From contig CAVPHR010000006.1 in NCBI GenBank assembly GCA_963704775.1, forward strand, positions 339,760 through 403,759: a DNA stretch of 64,000 nt, given 5' to 3'. Position 1 is the first letter of the stretch; every line of letters begins with the position of its first letter. The notes under the pieces are model-generated. The model was not told the origin of the DNA and made no database searches. It saw only the letters and a list, made by a program, of their open reading frames with translations. Positions 11,036 through 20,464 of this stretch are shown one piece after another. This stretch comes from an uncultured Chloroflexia bacterium. GTDB taxonomy: Bacteria > Chloroflexota > Limnocylindria > Limnocylindrales > CSP1-4. Both the position numbers and the translations under genes were made by a program.

Positions 11036-12114
11036 ATGGCGCCGACCGGGCTCGATCGGCGTCGGCATCGTCGGCTACGGGCTGGCCGGCCGCCTGTTCC
11101 ATGCGCCGTACATCGACGGCGGTCGACGGGCTGCGGCTCGCCGGCGATCGCCACCTCCGACCCGGATCGGCAGGCCGCAGGCCGCCGCGGAGCATCCCGG
11201 GAGCGACGGTCGTCGGACACGGTCGACGAGCTGCTCGAGCGCCGGCGACGTCGAGCTCGTCGTCGTGGCGACGCCGAACCGGTCCCACGTCCCGATCGGG
11301 ATCCGGGCGCTCGCAGGCGGGGCGGCACGTCGTCGTCGACAAGCCGATCGCGATGGACGTCCCGGAAGCGGAGACGCTGATCGAGGCGGCCGAGCGCGCC
11401 GGGCCGGATCCTGTCCGTCTACCAGAACCGCCGCTGGGACGGCGACTTCCAGACCGTCCGGCCCTGGTCGAGCGCGGGCGACGCTCGGCGCGATCGACAG
11501 CCTCGAGGCCCGGTTCGAGCGATGGGGCGACGGTCGGCGAGGCGTGGCGCGAGGAGGCCGACGAGGCCGGCGGCCCGCATCGCGATCTCGGCGCGCACCT
11601 GGTCGACCAGAGCCTGCTGCTGTTCGGAGCGGCTCGGCCGCGTCTTCGCGCAGATGGACCGCCGCCGGCCCGGCAGCCGGGTCGACGACTCGACGTTCGT
11701 CGCGATCGATCACGCCGACGGCGTGCGCTCGCGCCTCTGGACGTCGCTGATCGCCGTCGCGGACCGGTCCGCGGTTCCGGATCCGCGGGCTCGCCGGCGA
11801 GTACGTCAAGGAGGACCTCGACCCGCAGGAGGTCGCAGCTCCTCGCCGGGATGCGCCCGGACGATCCCGGGTTCGGCGAGGAGCCAGCCGGACCGCTGGG
11901 GTCGCGTCTACGCGCGCGACGGCTCGCCCGCGCCGGTCCCGACCGAGCGCGGCGACTACCGGCGGTTACTACGAGCGGCTCCGGGACGCGGTCCGCGGGC
12001 GATGGCGAGCTGCCCGTCGATCCGCTCGACTCGGTCCGCGGGCTGCGCGTCCTCGAGGCGGCCGAGCGCTCGGCGCGCACGCGGCGCCGTCGGTCAGCGT
12101 CGCGGACGGCCTGA
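11036..12114 (+). pseudogene. Gfo/Idh/MocA-family oxidoreductase (second copy), frameshifted
   Basis: Segments GVGIVGYGLAGRLFHAPYI, ELVVVATPNRSHVPIGIRAL, VVVDKPIAMDVPEAETLIEAAERAG, FERWG..EAWREEADEAGGPHRDLGAHLVDQSLLLFG and GELPVDPLDSVRGLRVLEAAERSA are distributed over ORFs 11036.., 11101.., 11265.. and 11522... Confidence 0.7.
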
Positions 12115-12116
12115 CG

Positions 12117-13110
12117 ATGGCGACCGGGCGACTCCGCCTCGGGTTCCAGGTCTGGGGCCAGTACGTGACCTGGCCGGAGCTCATGGCCATCGGGCGCGGA
12201 GATCGACGAGCTCGGGCTTCGACGAGCTCTGGAGCAACGACCACTTCCTGCCCGCAGGCGGCCGGCGGGGTCGGCGATGGGCGACCTCGACGGGCCGGTC
12301 TTCGAGGGCTGGTCGATCCTGTTCGGCTGGGCGGGGTCACCAGTCGGGCGCGGATGGGCTGCCTCGTCTCGGGCGCCGGCTATCGGAACCCGGGTCTGCT
12401 CGTGAAGATGGCGACCGCCCTGGACCACGCGACCGGCGGCCGTGCCGCCCTCGGCCTCGGCGCCGGGTGGTTCGAGCGGGAGCACGACGCCTTCGGGTTC
12501 GAGTTCCCGCCGCTCGGCCGGCGTCTCGACCGGTTGGGCGAGGCGGCCGCGATCTGCCGCGGCCTGCTCGACGGGTCGTCCGTGACCCATCGACGGCGCA
12601 GTGGTTCACGGCGGTCGACGCGCGGAACGACCCGCCGCCGCTCCAGGCGCGGCTGCCGCTCGCCATCGGCGGGAGCGGGGAGAAGCGGACGCTCCGGATC
12701 GTGGCCGAGTACGCGGACATCTGGAACGCCGACCAGGACGACCCCGAGTCGTTCCGCCGGCGGAGCGACATCCTCGATGAGCACTGCCGGGCGGTCGGGC
12801 GCGCGACCCGGCGTCGATCGAGCGGACCGCCGGTCTCGCCGCGCCGTGCATCCGCCCGACGCGAGCAGGCGGCCGTCGAGGCGCTGACCGAGATCCTCGA
12901 GCACCACGGCGATGCCCCACGCGGCCGCGCGCGAGATGGCGTCGGACTCGCCGTTCGCGGGACCGGTGGACGTCGGTCGTCGCCGAGCTGCGGCGCTACC
13001 GCGACGCCGGCGTCGAGCGCCGTCATGTTCGACTGGCCGGCGCCGTTCGATCGCCCCACGCTCGAGGCGCTGGCCGGCCCGGTCCGGGCCGCGCCTCGAC
13101 GCGAGGCTGA
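12117..13110 (+). pseudogene. Luciferase-like monooxygenase (LLM) class, F420-dependent-type oxidoreductase, frameshifted
   Basis: Segments: MATGRLRLGFQVWGQYVTWPELMAIG, FDELWSNDHF, RMGCLVSGAGYRNPGLLVKMATALDHATGGRAALGLGAGWFEREHDAFGFEFP, LPLAIGGSGEKRTLRIVAEYADIWN. The C-terminal frame, and so the exact stop, is uncertain. The TGA at 13108-13110 lies in the hairpin arm. Confidence 0.7.
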
Positions 13111-13126
13111 CGCGCCGTCGCGTCAG
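13107..13126. terminator. Hairpin CTGACGCG-ccgt-CGCGTCAG between convergent genes
   Basis: Perfect 8-bp stem with a 4-nt loop and no U-tract. The left arm contains the TGA of the plus-strand gene and the right arm contains the TCA (stop) of the minus-strand gene. Confidence 0.4.
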
Positions 13127-14575
13127 GCACGCCGTCGGAGCCGCGTCGTCGCAGGCGCGCAGTCGATGGCGCAGGTCCGCCTCGAGCGCCGGCTCCGGCA
13201 GGCCGAGCTGACGTCGGCGGTCGGCGGCGGCGGCGCCCCGGAGCGTGGCCTCGAGGGCGCCCGCCAGATCGCCGCAGGCGGTGCTCGCGCAGCTTGGCGA
13301 GCTCGATCCAGGCGACGATCGCGGTCCGTCCGGGTCCGGCCGCGACGCCAGCCCACGCGTCGGACGCGTCGCGATAGCGGCCGAGCCGGCGGAGGAGATG
13401 CGCCCGGTCGAGCGCGATCCGTTGCGCGTCCCAGGTCGCAGCGAAGGCGGCCGTCCGGTGCCAGCTCGACGGTCCGCGGTCGCGCGCGCCGCGGCGCGCC
13501 GCCGAAGTCCGGCCGTGCCTGCCGGTGACCACCACGGCACCTCGGCGCGCGCGATGACGCGACGACGGCGGGTGGGTCGTCGGGCGCGGTCGACCGGTCG
13601 CTCGGCCCGCCCGAGGACCTCGTCGAGGCAGGCGAGCGCCTCGTCGAGGCGCCGGGCCCGGACGAAGGCGCGGGCAAGACCCGCGACGTCGCCGATCGGC
13701 GCCGTTCGGCCGGGCCGCCGGCGAGGTGTAGCCGCCGTCCAGCAGGGCGATGCAGGCGCGCCAGCGAGCGGACGTCCTCGTCGTTGTGGCGGACGACGGC
13801 GGCGAGCGGCTCGGCCGGCCCGCCGCGCAGGAACGCCGAGGTAGCGGCCCGGGATCTCCCAGCCGTCGACGTCGTCGTGGCGCTCGACAGCCCGAGCAGC
13901 GTCCGCTCGACCGTCTGCAGCCGGGCGTCGTCCATCCGGTGGCGGAACAGGCGCCGGACGATCGGCAGGAGGTCGAGGTGGCCGTCGTGCGGCGGCGCCG
14001 CGCGCCGCGCCATCCGGTAGCGCGCCACGAGCAGCGGCCAGTCGAACCCGCGGCCGTTGTACGTCACCAGCCAGGCGTCGGGCGGGATGTGGCGCGCGAG
14101 CTCGTCGAGCAGGGCGCCCTCGTCGGCGTGGTCGGGCAGCAGCAGCTGGACCTGGCGGAACCGCGTCGCCCTCCCACCAGCCGAGCCCGATGAGGAAGGC
14201 CACGCGTCCCGGCCGCCGTCGCGAGCCCCGTCGTCTCGGTGTCGAGGCAGACGAGCGGGCGGTCGGCCGGCGGCTGGCCGGGCAGCCCCGCGAGGCGCTC
14301 GCCGGTCGACCGGCGATGTCGATCGACCGGCCCTCGACACGCACGAACCGGCCGCGCCGGCGCCGTCGACGACCTCGCCGTCGAGCGTCGACGCGAGCCG
14401 CTCGCGCGAGCTCCGACGCCGGCGATCGGGCGCGTGGGGCAGCGGATCGGTCTCGCGGCCGGCGGCGACCGCGGACGGCGGCCCGGAACCGCTCGCAGGC
14501 GCGGCCGAGGTCGAGCGCCGATCCGGACGCGACGATGCCGTCGAGCGCGGTCGCCAGGCCGGCGTCGCCGCGAGC
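13123..14575 (-). pseudogene. mrfB: MrfB/YprB-like RNase-H-fold (DEDD) exonuclease with a TPR-like C-terminus, frameshifted; 5' boundary approximate
   Basis: Segments: LVCLDTETTGL (read in a third frame near 14270), FLIGLGWWEGDA, WLVTYNGRGFDWPLLVARYRMA, LDLLPIVRRLFRHRMDDARLQTVERTLLGL, VVRHNDEDVRSLARL (ORF 13123..14859), WDAQRIALDRAHLLRRLGRYRDASDAWAGVA (ORF 13023..13535). No stop codon is visible in any frame at the junction with the upstream helicase. Confidence 0.6.
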
Positions 14576-16879
14576 CGGCCCGTGCGCCCGAGCTCGCGCG
14601 AGCAGCCGCAGGGCCAGCGCCTTGCGCGTCGACGTCCGGCTCGAGCCGCGGCCCGGTGCAGGCCGGACAGCCGCCGTCGCAGCCGCACGCGCGCGATGAG
14701 GTCGGCGGCCCCGGCGAGCAGCTCGTCGTGGCGCTCCCACAGCCGCTCCGACAGGCCGATCCCGCCCGGCACCGCCTCGTACAGGTAGATCGTCGGCTGC
14801 CTCGCGCGTGCGGCGAGCGGACCTGGGTGACGAGGCCCGAGGTCGCGCGGGTCGACCATCAGCAGGACCGACGCGACCGTCTGGATCGCCCGCCCGGCGC
14901 CGAGCAGCGCGACGTCGAGCTCGTCGCGCCGCCAGCGGTCGCGCGACCGCGTCGGCGGTCAGCCAGTAGGCGGTCGTCTGGAGCTCGAGCTCGGGCAGGT
15001 CGATCGGGCCCCAGCCGACGTTCTCGTCGGTGACGAACTTGAGCTTCTTGAAGAGGGTCACGAGGCTCGCGACCATCACCTCGCCGTGGATCCGCCGGCC
15101 GCCGGTCGCCGGCGCCTCGGCGAAGACCTCGAGCGGCTTGAGCGTCACCGCCCGGTTGGCGTACGTGTAGTGGTCGACGTCGATCTTGTGGACGTACGCC
15201 TTGCGCTCGCCCCACTCGAGCCGGTCGACGTAGTACTGGACCGACTCGTGGATGTAGATCGCGCGCTCGTGGACGAGGACCTGGGCGCTGAACAGGTCGA
15301 CCTCGCCGAGGACCCGCGGCCGGTCCGGCGTGGTGTCGATGATCACGACGTTCTCCGGCGCGGCCGTCCGCAGCGAGATCTCCGACGCCGGGAAGTTCTC
15401 GCTCGACCAGTACCAGCGCCCGTCGTCGGCCTGGCGGACGTGGCCCTCCTCGGCGAGGAACGCGAGCAGGTCGTCGGCCGGCGCCGGGCCCGAACACCTC
15501 GCCCGGCTCGAACGGCAGCTCGAAGGTCGCCGCCCGCAGGTGGGCGAGCAGGACGTGGAGGTTGTCCGGGTCGAGCCGCGCCTCCTCGGGCGTCCCCTCG
15601 AGCAGGAACTCCGGGTGGTGGATGACGTACTGGTCGACGGGCGCGCCCGACGCGACGAGGATCGGCGACGCTGCGTGCCCTGCCGCCGGCCGGCCCGCCC
15701 GAACTGCTGCCACGTCGCCGCGACCGAGCCCGGGATAGCCGGCCAGGATCGACGACGTCGAGGCGGCCGATGTCGACGCCGAGCTCGAGCGCGTTCGTCG
15801 CGACGACGCCGAGGATCTCGCCGTCGCGCAGGCCGCGCTCGATCGCCCGGCGCTCGGTCGGCAGGTAGCCGCCGCGGTAGCCGCGGACCCGCGACTGCGC
15901 GGCCCGAGGCTCTCGCGCAGCGACTCGCGCAGGCCGGTCAGCAGGAGCTCGACCGCGACCCGCGACCGCCCGAACACGATCGTCTGGCGACCCGCCCGCA
16001 GGAACGGCAGCGCCCAGCGCTGGGCGAGCGTCACCGCCGAGCCGCGCGCCCCGCTCGCAGGCGTCGAGGACCGGCGGGTCGACGAGCAGCGACGTGCCGC
16101 TCGCCGGCCGGCGCGCCGTTGCGGTCGATGAGCCGCGCCGGGCGGCCGGTCAGCATCGCGGCGAGCTCGGCCGGGTTCCCGATCGTCGCCGAGCAGCACA
16201 CGATGACCGGGTGGCTGCCGTAGTGGGCGCAGATCCGCAGCAGCCGGCGGAGGACGTTCGCGACGTGGCTGCCGAACACGCCGCGGTACGTGTGCAGCTC
16301 GTCGATGACGATGACCTGGAGCTGCTCGAACAGCTGGAACCACTTGGTGTGGTGGGGCAGGATCGCCGAGTGGAGCATGTCCGGGTTGGTGACGACGACC
16401 TGGCCGGCCGCCCGGATCGGCCGAGCGGATCGGCGCCGGCGTGTCGCCGTCGTAGGTCGACGGCGATGATCGACAGGCCGGCCGCCGCGCGACGAGCTCG
16501 CCGAACTCGGCGACCTGGTCCTGGCCGAGCGCCTTGGTCGGGAACAGGAACAGCGCCCGCGCCGCCGGGTCGTCGGCGATCGCCTGGAGGACCGGCAGCG
16601 CGTAGCACAGCGACTTGCCCGACGCGGTCGGCGTGACGACGACGACGTCCTCGCCGGCGTGGACCGCCTCGATCGCCTCGGCCTGGTGGATGTACGGCCG
16701 CTCGATGCCGCGCGGCGCGAGGCCGGCCACGATCCGCGGGTCGAGCCAGGCCGGGCAGTCGCGCGTACTCGCCGCGCGCGCGGGGATGACCTCGTGGTGG
16801 ACGACGCCGCGGGCGAGCGACGGCTCCTCGAGCAGGCCGCCGAGGACGGTCTCGGGTCGGCGGGGGCGTAGGTGCGCAT
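14576..16879 (-). pseudogene. mrfA: MrfA/YprA-like DEAD/DEAH-box helicase with a C-terminal DUF1998 (MZB) domain, frameshifted; 3' boundary approximate
   Basis: Segments: IHQAEAIEAVHAGEDVVVVTPTASGKSLCYALPVLQAI, LFLFPTKALGQDQ (ORF 14859..17021), VVTNPDMLHSAILPHHTKWFQLFEQLQVIVIDELHTYRGVFGSHVANVLRRLLRICAHYG...CCSATIGNP (ORF 16031..16936), RAIYIHESVQYYVDRLEWGERKAYVHKIDVDHYTYA (ORF 12380..15346), IYLYEAVPGGIGLSERLW, and the Cys cluster CGCDGGCPAC. ATG at 16879 preceded by GGAGGAG. Confidence 0.75.
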
Positions 16880-16897
16880 CGGCGGCTCCTCCGAATA

Positions 16898-16913
16898 TCG
16901 AACGGATGTTCGA
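16898..16913. promoter_or_regulatory. LexA (SOS) box TCGAAC-GGAT-GTTCGA
   Basis: Exact match to the Gram-positive/actinobacterial consensus TCGAAC-N4-GTTCGA, with AT-rich flanks (aatatcgaac...ttcgaaatt). It lies 19 nt upstream of the mrfA-like ATG and just downstream of the predicted -10. Confidence 0.75.
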
Positions 16914-16923
16914 AATTGCGGCG

Positions 16924-16932
16924 AGTCTAGCA
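16924..16932 (-). promoter_or_regulatory. Extended -10 TGCTAGACT for the mrfA-like operon
   Basis: The reverse complement of agtctagca is TGC-TAGACT. No convincing -35 is present. Confidence 0.45.
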
Positions 16933-16951
16933 GCACGTTCCAGCCGCGCGT

Positions 16952-16970
16952 GTGACAGCTCGGCTGTCAC
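16952..16970. promoter_or_regulatory. Inverted repeat GTGACAGC-tcg-GCTGTCAC in the divergent intergenic region
   Basis: Perfect 8-bp arms. The repeat lies between the mrfA-like -10 and the TTGACA of the rightward promoter. Confidence 0.35.
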
Positions 16971-16982
16971 GGCGCGCGCGGG

Positions 16983-17012
16983 TTGACACGCCAGCTCGCG
17001 CGTAGCTACGCT
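16983..17012 (+). promoter_or_regulatory. Putative promoter TTGACA, 18-nt spacer, TACGCT
   Basis: Consensus -35 at 16983-16988 and a TAnnnT hexamer at 17007-17012. A TTG codon at 17024 follows 11 nt later. Confidence 0.45.
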
Positions 17013-17023
17013 CGCCGGCACGG

Positions 17024-17563
17024 TTGACGCCGGCCGCGCACTCGCCGCCGACCCGACGCCGACCCCGACGCGCCCGACGACGGCCGATCGCCCCGCGCAC
17101 GCGGCGACCCCGACGCGCGCCGCGCCGACGTCGCCGCCCGACGCGATCCGGACCTCGCCGACCTGCCCGTCGCCGGGCTCACCCGGCGCCGGATCGGCGG
17201 TCTCCTCGGGGCGCTGCTCGCCGCCTGGATCGTCGTCGTCTTCGCCCGCCAGGTCGAGCGAGGCGACCGCCGCGGCCGACCCGGGCCGACGAGATGCGCG
17301 CCGCGCAACGCGACGCTCGCGGCCGAGGTCGCCGGCCTCGAGCGCGAGCTCGACGCTGATCCAGCGCCAGCGCTACATCGCGCAGCAGGCGCGCGGCTAC
17401 GGCTCGGCGACGCCGCACGAGATCCCGTTCACGCTCGCCGACGACGCCCCGCCGCTCGCCGCCGACGCCCCGGCTCGGCCGCGGTCCGGCTCGGCGCCGA
17501 CGAGCGACGCGTCGACGCCGCTCGAGCGCTGGCTCGACGCTGCTGTTCGGCCCGGCCGACTGA
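17024..17563 (+). pseudogene. FtsB/DivIC-like septum formation initiator, frameshifted; start uncertain
   Basis: Read across three frames: LTRRRIGGLLGALLAAWIVVVFARQV (TM segment), LAAEVAGLEREL, IQRQRYIAQQARGYG, PHEIPFTLADDAPPL, LERWL..LLFGPAD, then TGA at 17561-17563. Confidence 0.5.
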
Positions 17564-17588
17564 CGGCCGCGACCGGCGGCCGCGCGCC

Positions 17589-17607
17589 GACCGACGCCCC
17601 GTCGGTC
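17589..17607 (+). terminator. GC-rich hairpin GACCGACG-ccc-CGTCGGTC
   Basis: Perfect 8-bp stem, 26 nt after the FtsB-like stop. There is no U-tract. Confidence 0.3.
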
Positions 17608-17624
17608 CGCCGCGCGCCGGCCGC

Positions 17625-17630
17625 TATCCT
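17625..17630 (+). promoter_or_regulatory. Possible -10 TATCCT upstream of the NfeD-flotillin pair
   Basis: TAnnnT hexamer 58 nt upstream of the ATG at 17688. GAGGGAGG lies in between. Confidence 0.3.
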
Positions 17631-17687
17631 GTCCATCCCGGCGCGTCCGCGGCCGCGCGTCGAGCGAGGGAGGCACGCGATCGCGCG

Positions 17688-18265
17688 ATGATCGACGATC
17701 CCGGTCGAGGACTTCGTCTTCGTCGTCTGCGCGCTCGTCGGCGGCGGCCTGCTGCTGATCACGGTCCTCGTCGACGACATCCTGGGCGGGCTGCGACGTC
17801 TTCGGCTTCGACATCGGCGGCGTGTCGCTCATGCCGCTGCTGCTCGCGTTCGTCGCGATGTTCGGCGTCGGCGGCCTGTTCGCGACCCAGGTGCTCGACG
17901 TCCACGGCGGCCAGGCGGCGATCGTCGGCGTCGTCTTCGGGCTCGTCGGGCTCGGCGATCGCCTACGGCCTCTTCAGCGTCCTGCGCCGGGCCGAGGCGG
18001 CGAGCCGTTCTCGATCGCAGCGACCTCGTCGGCGACGACGCGTACGTGTCAGCGTCGGCATCCCGGCCGGCCGCTACGGCAGCGTCCTCGTCAAGGCCGA
18101 GGGCCAGACCCACGAGTTCAGCGCGACCGCCGTCGGCCGACATCCCGGCCGGGCACGACCGTCCGCGTGACGCGGCGTCGCCGGCACCGGGCTCATCGTC
18201 GCAGCGACGGCACCGGCCGTCGCCGAGCCGGCACGCCGAGCGAGGGAGCGACCAGGTGCGACTGA
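17688..18265 (+). pseudogene. NfeD-like (YqiJ-type) membrane protein with a C-terminal OB-fold, frameshifted
   Basis: Segments: FVFVVCALVGGGLLLITVLVDD, GVSLMPLLLAFVAMFGVGGLFATQVL..AAIVGVVFGLVG (ORF 17822..18265), AIAYGLFSVLRRAEAA, VSVGIPAGRYGSVLVKAEGQTHEFSATAV (ORF 17688..18170). Confidence 0.6.
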
Positions 18266-20321
18266 GCATCTTCGACTTCATCGGCGGCGGGCGTGATCGC
18301 CGATCTTCCTGATCATCATCGTCGTCGTCCTGCTCGTCGCGTACATCGGCAGCCGCTACAAGGTCGCCGGCGCGAACGAGGCGCTCATCGTCGCGGGCCA
18401 GCGCGACCGGGCGCCGGACGGCGGCGCAGCTCAAGGTCGTCCGCGGCGGCGGCGTCATCGTCCTGCCGCTCGTCCACAAGGTCGGCAAGCTCAAGCTGAC
18501 CGCCCGCCAGATCAACGTCAACCTCGCCGACGCCGTCACCCGGCAGGGCATCAAGGTCGCCGTCCAGGGCGTCGCGACGTTCAAGATCGGCGCCGACGAC
18601 GAGTCGATCCGCAACGCCGCCGAGCGCTTCCTCGAGGCCAGCGAGGACGCAGGTCGACTCGATCGTCAAGAACGTCCTCGAGGGCTCGCTCCGGTCGATC
18701 GTCGGCACGCTGACCGTCGAGGAGCTCAACCTCGACCGCCAGAAGTTCCAGCAGGCCGTCCAGGACGCGGCCAAGGGCGACCTCGCGACGTCGGGCCTGC
18801 CAGATCGACTAGTTCACGATCCAGGCGATCCGCGACGAGTCCGGCTACATGGACCTCATCGGCCAGCAGGAGACGGCCCGCCGCGAGCGGGACGCGCGCA
18901 TGGCCAAGGCCGCCGCCGACCAGGAGGCCGCCGTCCGGGAGGCCGAGGCCGAGCAGATCAAGATCAACGCCGCAGCGCGACGTCGTCGCTGCGCCGGGCC
19001 GAGACCGAGACGCAGACCGCGGCCGCCGAGGCGCGGGCCGCCCAGGCCGGCCCGCTCGCCCAGGCCGAGGCGACCCAGGAGGTCACCCGCAAGCAGACCG
19101 AGCTCGCCCAGCTCGAGGCCGCCCGCAAGCAGAAGGAGCTCATCGCCGAGCACGGTCCGGCCCGGCCGAGGCCGAGGCCGAGGCCCAGGTCCGGCGCGCC
19201 GAGGGCGAGAAGCTGGCCCGGATCGCCGCAGGCCCAGGCCGAGGCGGAGCGGGTGAAGCTCGCCGGTCAGGCCGAGGCCGCGGTCCAGGTCACGAAGGGC
19301 GAGGCGCAGGCGCGGGTCGTCGAGGTCAACGCCGAGGCCGAGGCCAAGCAGACGACGCTCGAGGGCAACGCCGAGGCCGGCATCATGTTCACCAAGGGCG
19401 AGGCCGAGGCGAAGGCGCTCGCGCTGCGCGCCGAGGCGTACCGCCAGTTCAACGAGGCGGCGATCATCCAGACGGTCCTCTCGATGCTGCCGGAGATCGT
19501 CCGCGCGGCGGCCGAGCCGATGGCCAACATCGACAACCTGACGGTGCTCTCGACCGACGGCGCGTCCGACGTCGTCAAGAACGTGACCCGGACCGTGACC
19601 GAGGCGAGCGCGACGGTGAAGGGCCTGACCGGCATCGACATCCCGGAGCTGCTCAACAAGGCGGTCGGTGGCTCCGGCCGGGGAGCGCCGCTCGGGCCGG
19701 TCGCGAGCGCCCGAGCCGCGCGGGCCGGAGGCTCCGGTGGCTCAGGCGCGACCGGCCGCGCCGGACGAGCGGTGGCGCCGCAGCGACGTCCGGCCCGGCG
19801 CCGGGCTCGGCCGGTCCGCGCCGACGCCGGCCACCGCGACCGAGCCCGCCGGGCGGCGCACGCCATCGACCGCGCCCGCGCGCGCCTGCGTCGAGCCCGG
19901 CGTCGACCGCGACCGCGGCGCCGACCCGGCGCCGCCGCCGCCGCGGTTCGACGACGCCCGAGGCCGTCGACGCGGCGATCGCCGAGCGCCGACGAGGCGA
20001 TCCGCGAGGCGGCCGCGACGACGCGCCGCCGCGCAGCGCGGACCGACACGGCGGCCGGACCGGCCCGACCGGCTCCGCGACGCCGAGCCGCCGGCCGGAC
20101 GCAGCGGACATCACCCGCGAGACGACCGTCGACGAGGCCGCCACGCAGGCTCGCCGCCGACCTCGGGCCGTCCCGGGCATCGAGCGCTTCGGCGGCGTCC
20201 GCCTCGGCCGAGCTCGAGACCGGCCGGCCCGCGGCCGCTGCGCACGATGTGGCGGATCGCGCGGGACCAGCTCGATGAGCGCTACGGCCAGCTGACGATC
20301 GGCGAGCTCATCGAGCGCTAG
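18256..20321 (+). pseudogene. Flotillin (SPFH/Band-7 family) with a long low-complexity tail, frameshifted
   Basis: Segments: YKVAGANEALIV, INVNLADAVTRQGIKVAVQGVATFKIG, VKNVLEGSLRSIVGTLTVEELNLDRQKFQQAVQ, GYMDLIGQQETARRERDARMAKAAADQEAAVREAEAEQ (ORF 18849..), EAYRQFNEAAIIQTVLSMLPEIVRAAAEPMANIDNLTVLSTDG (ORF 19253..). The last segment, LRTMWRIARDQLDERYGQLTIGELIER, is in the frame of ORF 19668..20321. GTG at 18256 with GAGGGAG upstream. Confidence 0.7.
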
Positions 20322-20464
20322 GCGGCGACGCGCCCCCGCCGGGCTGAGACGGAGCACATCCCCGACGTTTCGCACGTTTGGCTGACGAATTGCCCCTTTT
20401 CGTCCGGGCGCGCATGCCGTAGGCTCCCGTCCTTACGCTGGCGCTGGCCCGCGTCCGCTCGGGG

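Noticed and set aside
12380-13122. The 3' part of minus ORF 12380..15346, which extends the helicase/exonuclease reading through the LLM gene.
   Set aside because: The MrfB-like gene stops at 13123-13125 in its own frame (ORF 13123..14859). The extension is antisense read-through over a plus-strand gene that carries LLM motifs.
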